From the NCBI GenBank assembly GCA_965223005.1, contig CBDCVK010000002.1:480001-544000 (forward strand): a stretch of DNA of 64,000 bases. The letters are read 5' to 3'. The notes under the pieces are model-generated. The model was not told the DNA's origin. It made no database searches and was given only the letters and a program-made list of their open reading frames with translations. Both the position numbers and the translations under genes were made by a program. Position 1 is the stretch's first letter. Each line of letters starts with the position of its first letter. This DNA comes from Terriglobia bacterium. GTDB lineage: Bacteria; Acidobacteriota; Terriglobia; JAJPHL01; JAPKYU01. This document shows positions 39,486 to 49,978 of the stretch, in pieces.

Positions 39486-39725
39486 ATGAATCGCAGAACT
39501 TTTGTGGGTAGCGCGCTGGCTGGCGTCGCCGTCCTCGGGACTTCGGCTCGGGCGAGCAAGCTCGAAGCGGGCGACATTCCGACCAGGGTCTTTGGCAAAA
39601 CCGGCGAAAAGCTCACCATCGTCGGCCAGGCCGGGGGACGTTTCCCGCTGATCTCGTTCGAGGAGGCCAAGCAAGTCACTCTGCGAGCCCACAAGTTGGG
39701 CATCAACTACTTCGATACCGCGCGA
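39486..39725 (+). pseudogene. Truncated Tat-signal aldo/keto reductase
   Basis: MNRRTFV, RVFGKTG and GINYFDTAR, then abrupt loss of similarity. Confidence 0.8.
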
Positions 39726-39828
39726 CCTGTCGGCATTGACGATCAGTTCGCTCTTCTCTCCGTTCACGAACACGACTCGGAATGTACCCATGCCTTCAAG
39801 TCTAACACCCTCAAAAGGAGAAAGTTCA

Positions 39829-40833
39829 ATGAAGAAGATCGCAATCACCGTCACCCTGTTTTCCTCAATCCTGCTTTACGCCGCTACGCCGACTCTCGTT
39901 GCACAGGGGGTCACCGCTGAACCACTGTCTTGCGCGGATCACCCCATCACTGCCCCTGCTGTGCGTACACTGGAGGACGTTCAGGCGTTCGTTCAATGCG
40001 CCTACGAGTTCGTCCAAGAGGTCGGGTTCGAGGAGTCCCGCCGGGCCTTCAACGAGGACGAGCGTTGGAAAAGCGGACCCACCTATGTCTTCGTCGACGA
40101 AATGACGCCGGTTCCTGGGGCGTCTCGACCGTTTGTCTATCCACCCGACCCGTCGAGGGAAGGGGTGCCGTGGGGAGAACTAGTCGACATCTTCGGCAAC
40201 GACATCGTTTTGGAATTCGTTCGTCTCCTGAATAGCTTCGACGAGGGTTGGACCTACTACGACTTCACAAACCCAGCGTCGGAAAAGAGTGAGCCGAAGG
40301 CTGCCTACGTCAAGGCCATCGACTGGAACGGGGTGCCGGCGGCGATCGGCGCGGGGATCTATCAGCGCGACATTCCGGGCACATGCAACAAGGACGATGT
40401 CAACGCCACGGTGCTCGCCGCCGATCCTTCCAACTCGAGGTTGAGGGAGTTTGTCCGTTGTGCCGCAATGGAGCTGGAATCGCAGGGGTACTTCGCCACC
40501 CGGACGCTGTCGAGCGATCCGCGCTGGAGTAGCCGCTCGATCTACGTGTTCGGCCTGGATACCTACGGCTACACGCTGTTCAGCGGCGATCCCTACAGCC
40601 AGTGGTATGGCATCATTGCTCCCGAGTTGAACGACCATCTGGACGGGCCCTTCGGCGGCCGGGATGTGGTGAGCGTCGGCGATGCGTTCGGGGAAATCTT
40701 CCTGTACTACTCGACGCGCAATCCCGCCAGCGGAATGCTGCAGCGCAAGGTGACTTTCGTCAAGAGGGTAGTGGTCTATGGTCTGCCGGTCCTGGTCGGC
40801 TCCGGCTACTATCAGCCGGATGAGGCCCCGTAG
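39829..40833 (+). CDS. Secreted protein with two Cache-like sensor domains
   Basis: Signal peptide; duplicated FVxCA..W..YVF..Y..NPAS..K..VK..G.GxY units. Confidence 0.75.
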   Translation: MKKIAITVTLFSSILLYAATPTLVAQGVTAEPLSCADHPITAPAVRTLEDVQAFVQCAYEFVQEVGFEESRRAFNEDERWKSGPTYVFVDEMTPVPGASRPFVYPPDPSREGVPWGELVDIFGNDIVLEFVRLLNSFDEGWTYYDFTNPASEKSEPKAAYVKAIDWNGVPAAIGAGIYQRDIPGTCNKDDVNATVLAADPSNSRLREFVRCAAMELESQGYFATRTLSSDPRWSSRSIYVFGLDTYGYTLFSGDPYSQWYGIIAPELNDHLDGPFGGRDVVSVGDAFGEIFLYYSTRNPASGMLQRKVTFVKRVVVYGLPVLVGSGYYQPDEAP

Positions 40834-40998
40834 GCCGGGTCATGGTGCTTCAACAGCGAGTGGCGCAAAGGTGACCGAATCAGGACATCGCTAAAGTGTA
40901 ACAGAAGGTATTGGACTCAACTCTGAGGCCGGCTTTAGAATGCCACAATTTAAGGGATTATAAGGAACGCTTGACCGGCCAGGGGAGGATGCTCGTGC

Positions 40999-41272
40999 CT
41001 ACTGAATCAAGTCGGACTCAGGGTCGTCGAAAACCACTTTCGATTCTGGAACGTTACGGAACTCCAGGAGGGCTGCTGCCAGAGATCCGTAAGAATCCTT
41101 CTCTGCTGAAGACAATTTTGGATGCGCAAGGGTCTTCAGTGAAGCTTTCTCGAAAATTGCAAAAAAAGCTTCAGCTGTCCGATCGATCGGTTCTAGTTCT
41201 TGAAGCGCTGTTACTGATCCGACAATGTTTCCGACAAATAAGACTAGAGTCCTTCAACTCAGACAATGGCAT
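40999..41272 (-). pseudogene. Hypothetical gene with a 1-nt frameshift
   Basis: SD AAAGGAG plus ATG at 41272 gives MPLSELK; an open frame one base over then runs to TAG at 40999. Confidence 0.45.
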
Positions 41273-41282
41273 GATCTCCTTT

Positions 41283-41582
41283 CTAGTTGATCCTTACAGG
41301 AGGCACTGATGAATCACCGAAAAAGTCAAGCAAAGAAAAATCACGGTTATTCTCCAGATAATCGGCGACGAGTTTCAGGTCGTCGGAAACGTAAGGCTCT
41401 TCGTGCGGAGCGTGGCGAAGATAATAAATCAAAGGATCTAAAAGAGGGTGCTCGTCGGAATCCTTCATTTTCTGTTCAATCGTCTGCAGCATGGACACAA
41501 TGGTTAAGAGAAGCAGCTGAAGAGTTTGAGAGGATATCGGCGGCAGCGTTTGGTCGATCCGTCCAATCCAGTTAGCTGTCAT
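41283..41582 (-). CDS. Low-GC hypothetical protein
   Basis: Strong SD GGGAGG before ATG at 41582. Confidence 0.55.
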   Translation of the reverse strand: MTANWIGRIDQTLPPISSQTLQLLLLTIVSMLQTIEQKMKDSDEHPLLDPLIYYLRHAPHEEPYVSDDLKLVADYLENNRDFSLLDFFGDSSVPPVRIN

Positions 41583-41717
41583 CGCGCAGTCCTCCCTCAA
41601 GAATTTTCCTTGCTTATCGGTTGACAGTGTAGGGCTAACGGTGGGAGAATGCTCTTGGACTTACCGTTAGACCCTCCTGTCAGACCAGTTCAACCGTTTG
41701 CACCGGTCGAACTGCGC

Positions 41718-42056
41718 CTATCGTACCATCGCTGGGAGCGTGGTGAACACTTGGCCTGTGAATTTCAGACCGATTGTGTAAACCGACCGGGGCGCCGATA
41801 TCCGAGCAAGGCCGACATGATTCTCTGGGATCGTTCCCAACTCATTCAAAACGAAAGCCCTAGCGGAGTTTGCTGGAATGTTCACGGTCGTGTCCAAGAC
41901 GCTACTCCCAGGAACATTCCGATACGACACCACCCGCACGGCAAGCGGCTGGTCTGAGGGATTTGCCAGCGCCAGAGCAAGCAGCGCACCATCTCGGTAA
42001 TCGGCAAAGAAATACGCGGCTTTGTCGGGCGTGATCTCTTCGGCAGGTTCGACCAA
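41718..42056 (-). pseudogene. C-terminal fragment of a beta-sandwich surface protein
   Basis: LALANP..TVNIPANSARAF..IGLKF..FTTLPA pattern; no credible start or signal peptide. Confidence 0.55.
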
Positions 42057-42111
42057 GGCTTCACCGACCGAAAGTCAAGAGGCCCAGCAATGAACGTGGT
42101 AGGATGGCAAT

Positions 42112-42369
42112 ATGAAACGGCACCGAAAGCTGATTCGCCTGATCCTGGAGTACGCCGAGCTGAATGCTACCGGTTCCGAGGCGTTGGACCCGCCCAAGAT
42201 AGACGGTTTCACTCCGGCTGAGGTCAACTACCACATAGGTTTGTGCGACGAGGCTAAGTTCCTGCATGTCAATAGCACTAAAAGTCCAGATGACCCCCGC
42301 CAGTACACAATCGTAAACCTTACCTGGGCTGGACACGAGGTTCTTGACCCTAACGGGGTTGCCCCCTAA
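42112..42369 (+). CDS. DUF2513-like winged-helix protein
   Basis: MKR..LIRLIL, VNYHIGL and LTWAGHEVLD motifs. Confidence 0.8.
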   Translation: MKRHRKLIRLILEYAELNATGSEALDPPKIDGFTPAEVNYHIGLCDEAKFLHVNSTKSPDDPRQYTIVNLTWAGHEVLDPNGVAP

Positions 42370-42439
42370 GCGGTCCACTTCAGAGTCCAGGCGAGAATCC
42401 GTTTACGCACAAACCGATCCAGCACCATCCCGATACGGT

Positions 42440-43651
42440 TCAACGTTTCAATCTCTGTAACTCTTTAAGTGACCTGGAACCAATTCCCGGCGCCGAGGAT
42501 CCTGATCTTGGTGTTATCCGATTTGTTCTTGTTCCAGTCATTTGGACACAAGGTGGCAAGCTGGTGGCGCCAGGTGGAACGCGGGGATACATGCAACCCG
42601 CGATAGAATCCGGCCCCGTGAGAGTGAACCGGAAGAAATGGTTATACGCTGCATACTCGATCAGCATGGCATAGCTTTGCCGCTCCTCTTGCCACAAAGC
42701 CAGAACTTCTGCTCCTGACAGGGCAGTTCCAGTGATGGCCAGCGTTCCGTCCGGGCCGCTCAAGAATCGGTCCAGTGAGAAGAGTTCGCCATACCTTGCT
42801 CCCACGGCTCTCACATCCCATGTTCCGGCGATCTGTTCAAGCCGTTGCCGTTCCGAGAGGGTTGGCATTGGCTGTGGCGGTGTAGGTGTCGGTGGTTCTG
42901 GGTTCCCAATCTGAGACCCGGGCATAGGCCGCGCCAAGCGGGAAAATTGAAGATTGCCATCGCAGATAGAGAATCCAACGGCGCTCACGTTCCCGTTGAT
43001 GCGAACCGTTCCAAATTCTCCTCTGGCCTCAGGGAACCGCTCGCTCATCATGAAGTTATCATGCAGGTGGAAGAGGTTTCCGATGTATTTCAAATCCCCG
43101 AGTCTTTCGCCGGCCGTGTTGAACGCCTCCATGGTGGCTGCGCCGGGGGCGTCACTGGCGATCACGATTTGGGAATCGCAGCCCTCGAAGTTGAGGAAGG
43201 GGACGATGACTCCTGATTTCGCTCCAGACAGGGGTTGGGCTTGAGTGATAACGTACCAAGTCGTATTGTCTGGAGAGTGCTGTACGTGGAAGACTTCTAT
43301 GGCAACGCAGCCGTCGTCGTTTTCAACTATGGCGTATCCGCTTCGCTTCTCCCCCACATTTCCAAAGTAGCCAGACTGCATTTCCAGCGCGGGAAGTTCC
43401 GCGTCGCCAAAACCCCTCCATTCTTTGCCATCGGCGGAAAGATATAGCGTGTCGCCTGAGGAATCATAAAAGTTGACGGTGTAGGAAGAAGTGGTCGAGC
43501 AGAGGTTGAAAATGTGGAAGGCGGTGCTCCATCCACCACCTTGGGAGATGTGCGGAATGAAGCTGGTTTTAGAAGAAGCATGCGGCGCCAGGATTGACGC
43601 CGCCAGAAACACCAATGCCAACAGCAGGCTTCTTTGCAGGCGTGAAAGCAT
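42440..43651 (-). CDS. Secreted hypothetical protein with Pro/Thr linker
   Basis: Signal peptide, FIPHISQGGGWST, PEPPTPTPPQP linker; SD AAGGAG. Confidence 0.75.
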   Translation of the reverse strand: MLSRLQRSLLLALVFLAASILAPHASSKTSFIPHISQGGGWSTAFHIFNLCSTTSSYTVNFYDSSGDTLYLSADGKEWRGFGDAELPALEMQSGYFGNVGEKRSGYAIVENDDGCVAIEVFHVQHSPDNTTWYVITQAQPLSGAKSGVIVPFLNFEGCDSQIVIASDAPGAATMEAFNTAGERLGDLKYIGNLFHLHDNFMMSERFPEARGEFGTVRINGNVSAVGFSICDGNLQFSRLARPMPGSQIGNPEPPTPTPPQPMPTLSERQRLEQIAGTWDVRAVGARYGELFSLDRFLSGPDGTLAITGTALSGAEVLALWQEERQSYAMLIEYAAYNHFFRFTLTGPDSIAGCMYPRVPPGATSLPPCVQMTGTRTNRITPRSGSSAPGIGSRSLKELQRLKR

Positions 43652-43720
43652 AGAATCTCCTTAGGCGTGGTTCCGGTCAGCCATTAGGGGCCACCGGGCT
43701 AATCGCCAACGATCCTAAGT

Positions 43721-44762
43721 TGGGCTTGATCCGGTTTCGTGGACACGTTCCGAAAGGCGGATACGATGTCCAGAATGGGATCAACGAAGGCAGGGAGACG
43801 GGCGCGACGACAGTTCAGTGAGGAGTTCCGGATCGGAGCCGTTCGGCTGGTCTTGGATGCGGGCAAGACGGTCGGCGCCGTCGCGCGCGAGTTGGATCTG
43901 ACGCCATCGGCCCTGGCGCAGTGGGTGAAGCAGGCACGTGCCGATCGGACGAAGGGCAAGACGGGGCTGACGACCGAGGAGCGCGCCGAGCTGGCGCGCC
44001 TACGCAAAGACAATCGCGAGCTGCGGATGGAGCGCGACGTCCTAAAAAAAGCCACGGCCTTCTTCGCGAAGGACCACCTGTGAAGTTCGCGTGGATCCAG
44101 GCGGAGAAGGCCACCTACCCGCTCACGAAGCTCTGCCGCTGGCTCGACGTCACGCGGAGTGGCTTTTACGCCTGGCGCGCGCGTCCAGAATCAACGCATG
44201 CACGCGAGGATCGCCGGCTGACCGTGCTGGTGCGGGCGTCGTTTGAGGCGAGCAAGCAGCGCTACGGCAGCCCGCGCGTTCACGAGGATCTCCTTGAGCA
44301 GGAGGAGCACGTCAGCCGCAAACGGGTCGTGCGCCTGATGCAGAAAGACGGGCTGAAGGCGCGGCGGCGCAAGCGGTACAAGCTCACCACGATGAGTGAT
44401 CACGATCAACCGGTGGCGGCCAATCTCCTGGACCGACACTTTGAGGCGGCCGCGCCGAATCAACGGTGGGTCGGCGACACGACGGAGTTCGTCATCGGCG
44501 GCAGCGGGAAGCTCTACCTTGCGGCGATCTTGGATCTGTTCTCCCGGTTCATCGTGGGATGGGCCGTGAGCGCCGTCAACGACCGCCATCTGACCATCAA
44601 GGCGCTCCAGATGGCGCTGAAGCGCCGCTGCCCCGACGCCGGTCTGCTGCACCATTCCGACCAGGGCGGCACCTATGCGAGCGAGGACTACCAAGACGTG
44701 CTCGACACACACGGTATCATCTGTAGCATGAGCCGCCGGGGCAATTGCTACGACAATGCACC
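43721..44762 (+). mobile_element. IS3-family element, truncated at the right end
   Basis: 5'-TG end; orfA 43766-44083 (HTH and coiled coil); slippery AAAAAAAG at 44044-44051; orfB with YGSPR, WVGDTTE, HHSDQG and NCYDNA, then a break. Confidence 0.92.
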
Positions 44763-44912
44763 GCATCCGGCAAGCGTGGTCCAAATCCGACAACGGAACT
44801 CCACTGTCGGGACCGGTAGAAATTGACGAGACCTATGTGGGCGGGAGGCGACGCAACATGCCAAGGTCGAAGCGCAAGGAGCTTGCAGGTCGTGGCCCGG
44901 TCGGAAAGGTCG
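44756..44912 (+). pseudogene. Internal fragment of an IS1595-family transposase
   Basis: MHRIRQAW..LSGPVEIDETYVGG..GRGPVGK. Confidence 0.85.
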
Positions 44913-47242
44913 GGGGAGCTACCTGGATCAGCTCCAACGGCTGGGATTCCGAGCGCAACAAGCCCCAATTCCGTCTTGGAACCACGCCTCGGATCTTGCT
45001 GCATCCGGACGACCCCCAAACTATTTTCCTGGCGCGCAGCTCGGGACTGTGGCGCTCCACGGACGGCGGCGATAGCTGGTTCCGGCTGGTGGGCGGTGTG
45101 GCCACCGACGTCGCCATCCATCCCGACAACCCCAGTCGCATGTTCCTCGCTCTGGGGCGGAACCTGGGAAGCGCGGGGAATGGGGTCTACCGCTCCGACG
45201 ACGGCGGCAACACCTGGGGGCGCGTGGCGGGCCTGCCCTTTGGCGAGGAGATCGGCCGGATCAGCCTGGCTGTAGCACCCAGCAATGGGGCCGTGGTTTA
45301 CGCGGTGCTGGTCCGTTCCCAGAACCAGCAGCTTCGCGGAGTTTACCGCAGCGTGGACGGGGGGGACTCCTGGAATGGGCTGCCTGCGCCACTCTCTCTG
45401 TTCGACTCCAACGGTCGCGGCCACGGGTTTTTCGACAATTTTGTCGCTGTGGACCCGCGCGACGCCAACGTGGCGTATCTGGGCGGCGTGGAGCTTTGGA
45501 AAACCATCAACGGCGGGCTGGTCTGGGTCCTGCTGAGCCTGGTGGATCAGCGCATCATCCACGAAGATCAATTCTCGATTGCCTTCAAACCGGCCGACCC
45601 TGATACCGTCTACATCGGCAACGACGGAGGCATCTATAAGACCACCGACGGCGGCGCCACTTGGGCCAGCCTGAACAGCGGCTTGCCCATCACCCAGATC
45701 AACAGTGTCGCGGTGCATCCGCAAGACCCGCAGATCGCGCTGGCCGGTACCCAGGATCAGGGACTGATCCGCTTCGCAGGAAGCAGCACTTGGGAGCAGT
45801 TGTTCCGCGGCGATGCTGGAGCGGTCATGTTCGACCCGGTCAATCCCAACATCATCCTGACCACAAAGAACCTGATGCGGCCACGGCGGTCAGTGGACGG
45901 CGGAGCTAGTTTTTCGGACATCAGCGCTGGCATTGATCCTCGCGACCGGGGGGCGTTTTATCCTCCCGTGGTCGCCTCGCCAGAGAGTCCCGGATTCCTC
46001 TACTTCGGAACGCACCGGGTGTGGAATTCCATCGACGGGGGTGCGACCTGGGTGCCGATCAGTCCCGACCTGACCGACGGCGGCGCGCTGACCGCGCTGG
46101 CGGTCTCTCCTGGTTCCTCCTCCACAATTTGGGCGGGCAGCAGCGATGGGCGGGTCCATGTGTCGACCGGCCTGGGCTTTTGGCACAGCATCACCGGTCT
46201 CCCTAGGCGTTGGGTTACCTCCATCCTGCCTGATCCGCGCAACCCTGGTGTCGTCTACCTCACCGTTTCTGGCTTCGGCACCGGACACATCTTCAAGATC
46301 ACCGGAACGGGAAATACCTTGACGGACATCAGCGGCAACCTGCCAAATGCGCCAGCCAACGCGGTGGCGATCGACGAGCGCGGCCCGCTTTACGTGGCCA
46401 CCGACGTGGGCGTATTTCGCAGCGAAGATGGCACCTCGTGGGCTTCGTTCAACGCCGGTTTGCCCAACGCCTTTGTGACGTCGCTGGCCCTGGACACCAG
46501 CTCTGGCACCCTGACGGCCGGCACCTTCGGGCGCAGTGCCTACCGTGGCCAACTGCAGGCCCCCGAGAGCGGGCCGAACGTGCTGGCGCAAGGTGTGGTC
46601 AACTCCGCCACCTATCAGTCGCTGTTGGCGCCGGGCGGCATCGCTTCGCTGTTTGGCACGCAACTGGCGGCGACCACCGCGCACAGTTCCGAGCAGCCCC
46701 TGCCGACCTCGTTGGAAGGTGTCAGCGTCACGGTCAATGGGGAGCCGGCACCGCTGTTCGTGGTGAGCCCGCTCCAGATCAATTTCCAGGTCCCGTTTAA
46801 GATTGTCGACTCGCAGGCATTGGTTCAGGTAAGCACTACGGAAGGGACGGCGGCCGGTCGGGCTCCGGTACTGTCGACGAGTCCGGGAATCTTCGACGGC
46901 ACGATAGCCCATGGCGCCACGGGCACTCCGGTGGATGGAAGCAACCCTGCGGCTCGAGGTGAAATCCTGGTGCTGTTTGCCACCGGTCTGGGAGCCACTC
47001 AGCCGGAGGTGGCCAGCGGCTCCCCCGCACCATCCGATCCCCTCGCCAGAACAGCGATTCCAGTCACTGCCCGCTTCGGAGACCAACAGGCGCCTGTCCA
47101 CTTCGCCGGCTTGGCACCGGGCTTTGTCGGCCTCTATCAGGTGAATATTCAGGTTCCGGAAGGTGTGAGCGGCGACGTGCCGCTAACCATTCAGGCAGGT
47201 GGGCGAAGCAGCAACGCAGTGATCGTTTCCATCCGGCCATGA
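44913..47242 (+). pseudogene. 5'-truncated BNR/Asp-box beta-propeller protein with Solibacter-type C-terminal domain
   Basis: Many (S/T)xDGGxxW repeats; C-terminus VVNSA..LAPGGIASLFG..SPLQINFQVP..FAGLAPGFVGLYQVN; no signal peptide. Confidence 0.85.
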
Positions 47243-47306
47243 CAAGTTGCGGAGGTTATGTTCTTGCGGCGAATCCTGGGGTCTGATACAGTGCGGCTCT
47301 AACTCC

Positions 47307-47931
47307 ATGCTTTGGCGGTCAAGCAGCGGAAAGGCAGCGCTGCGGGTCTTGTGTGCGGTGGCGTTTCTGCTGAGCGCGCCGGGAGCCACGCTGGCTGCCG
47401 ACCTAGTGGCGGCGCGTGTCCTCAGCGTGAGCGGGCGGGTGTCGCTGGAACGTAAGCCGGATCTATGGGCGGTTCGCACCGATCAGTTCATCCAACCGGG
47501 TGAGGTGATTGTCTCCGGTCCGGACGGCCACGCGGTGCTGGAGTTGGAGGACGGGAGCAATGGCGGTCGAGGAAGGTCTGCTGGCGGTAGCCCATAAGTT
47601 GCTCCCCAGAGGGCGCGAAGTACTGGTGAAGACGGGTGAAGTGCTCGTCGTGCGGCCCACCGAGCCACTCACTTCCGTTTCGGTCAACAAGGGGCGGCTG
47701 GCGGTGCGCATCTTGAGAGTGGCTGTGGAGGCCGCTCTGCGGACAGGGCGCTTAGGCGGAGGCGGTCGCGGGTCTGCACCCAGCGGCGGTGGCGGTGGTG
47801 GCGGCAGCAGCGGGGGCGGGGACTTGGGCCAGGCGCCTCCCCCACCTCCCGATGTGCCCGATGATGACAGCGGCCCGGGAGCAGGGCAGCCTTTCCAAGC
47901 TCCTCCGCCAAAACCAAAAATCAACAAGTAG
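47307..47931 (+). pseudogene. FecR-domain exported protein with an internal deletion/frameshift near 47558
   Basis: Signal peptide and SGPDGHAVLELEDGS, then a jump to AVEEGLLAV in another frame; Gly/Pro-rich tail. Confidence 0.65.
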
Positions 47932-47978
47932 TCCCTGAAGCTACCTCTGCGACCAAGACACCCTCTACTGCTTCGACA

Positions 47979-48551
47979 TCAGCCGCTCCCAGTGACCGGG
48001 AGCGGGCAGTAGGCGTCTTCGGAGAAGCCCTGGGACTCGATGGCCAGGGCATGGTCGAAGCGAGCCCTAAAGTTCTCCCAGGCGATGGCCGCAGTCAGCT
48101 CCACTAGCTGGGCCTCGTTGAACTCGCGGCTCAGTGCGGCGAACAGCGCATCGGGAACCTCAACCGGCGTTTTCGTCATCGCCACGGCGTATTCGATCAC
48201 CAGTTTTTCCAGCGGGGAAAATGTGGGGCTGTCTTTGTAGACCGCCAAGTCGCGGAGCTGCTCCTCGGTGATCCCGGCCGCCCTGCCCACGGCAGAGCCG
48301 ATGTCAATTCAAAAGGGACAGCCGACCAGCGTCGCCGCCTTGACTTGGGCCAGCGATTTCAACCGCTCCTCCACCAGGCGGGAGCGTTCCAGGGCATACT
48401 CAAATGCGCCATAGCCATTGAGCAACCAGGTGTGGCGCGCGTACACCGTCAGCGGCTCAGGCACTTTGCCGACCCGCCGACGCGCGAACCAGTAGGCCAG
48501 GCGGGCCAGCAAGCCGGCTTTATCTTCCGCGATTCCGTCAATCCTTGCCAT
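47979..48551 (-). CDS. AhpD/CMD-family selenoprotein (190 aa, UGA at codon 81, CPFU)
   Basis: ORFs 48309-48551 and 47979-48290 are in the same frame and separated only by TGA at 48309-48311; readthrough gives GCPFUIDIGSAVGR, a complete AhpD-like core. Confidence 0.85.
48280..48298 (-). promoter_or_regulatory. Putative bacterial SECIS hairpin
   Basis: GCUCUGCC-GUG-GGCAGGGC stem-loop after a 10-nt spacer from UGA; loop begins with G. Confidence 0.7.
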
Positions 48552-48629
48552 TTTCTACCAGGCCATTTTCTACCAGGGAAGTTGCTTAAACTCCCTTTTA
48601 TGAAATCGATTTAGGAAATCGATTGAACG

Positions 48630-49959
48630 TCAAATGGTAATAGCTAATTTGTCGCGATCTCTTTCTAGAAGAGTAAAGCGAATCCTCCTATTTGATCGCC
48701 GGTTGATGTCGCGCATCTTCTCTTCGACATCCTTCATGTGGTTCCTTCGGGACGACTTGGAGTTTGGGTTGGACGAGGAGGAACTGAACCAGAATCGGCA
48801 GCGGCTGCCTGCCTTAGGGTGCGAGCTACGCTCACTGTTCGATCCAATGCGGGACTTTGCGATCGCCTCCAAAATCTCAAGATCAGGATTGTGGTGAGCA
48901 CCATCACCACAGAATACATAGTCGTCCGCGATAACTTTGCGATAAAACTGTTCATCGGTATTATGCTCGGAGCCATGGTGGGGAATCTTGAGAAGATTTA
49001 CGTGCAGAGAGTCGTCCTCATGCCTGCCGATGCGCCTGAAGTGCTTCAGGCCAGCCAGGATGTCTTCCCCATGACCGTCACCTGTTAGTAGAAGCGTCTT
49101 GTCGTTTTCCTCAACCAGGAACATGAGAGAAGCGAGATTCTGGGTTGTGACAGCGGTGCGCGCGCCCAGTGCATTTCCCATTAAAGTACGAGCAGCTTGT
49201 AACCCTTCCAGGCTCGACGAGGCCAAAGCCTCTTCATCTCTGCGATGGCGCCTTCGAATCCTATTAAGGTGCTGCTCAGTGGAATGCTTCTGCAGCCATG
49301 CGTTCCACCTCGTCCCGGAGCTTCTGGAGGTCGGCCTCGGACGGACCAAGAATCTGAAAGGCCATACCGCCTAACGACAAAGTGCTGCGAGTCCTCGGTC
49401 GAAGCATGACCTTGTTGTTTGCCGGCGCGTTTACAGGTATTTTCAACTGCTTGCCACCGACTCGCTTGGTGACCTCGATGGCATCGGCCATACTTGACGC
49501 CAATTCCTGGTACCCATCTGCCAACTCGCCTAGCTTACCGCTAGAAAATCCTCGGAGGACACGTGCGGTCGCCGCCGAGTTGGCTGCGAATCCGGCCACT
49601 GTTCGCGCCAAGTTGCTCGTGAAAGGCATTGTGCCAGATGCCCAGGATCTCCGGCGGGCGCTCAACCTTTGGCTTGCGGTTCCGCCGTCAGGACTCGGAT
49701 TCGTTCGGAAGTGTTCATGGACCCGCCACTCGACGAAATCCTCAAGCATCTGGAGAATACCGAAGACGTGATCGCGATCGACATGTGAAATATAGACTAC
49801 ATCTAGCGGAAGTTTGTCGCGTCGCATTCGTCTCAAGTGTAGGAGCTACGTGGCGTGTATAGGAATCGCGCATGCCGCCGTCGATTAGCATGTGCTTGCC
49901 GTCCGCCCCTTCGAGCAGAAGGCAATCACCCTTATCCGATTGAAAAACTCTAATTTCAC
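48630..49959 (-). pseudogene. ComEC/Rec2-type MBL-fold hydrolase with multiple frameshifts
   Basis: Pieces in different frames: QSDKGDCLLL, LIDGG, SHVDRDH, NLASL, LLTGDG and KIPHHGS. Confidence 0.85.
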
Positions 49960-49978
49960 GGCTCCACCTCCTGCCGTT

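Noticed and set aside
40911-41575. Plus-strand ORFs 40911-41309 and 41309-41575
   Set aside because: The minus-strand reading has better SD sequences and more protein-like composition, though not certain
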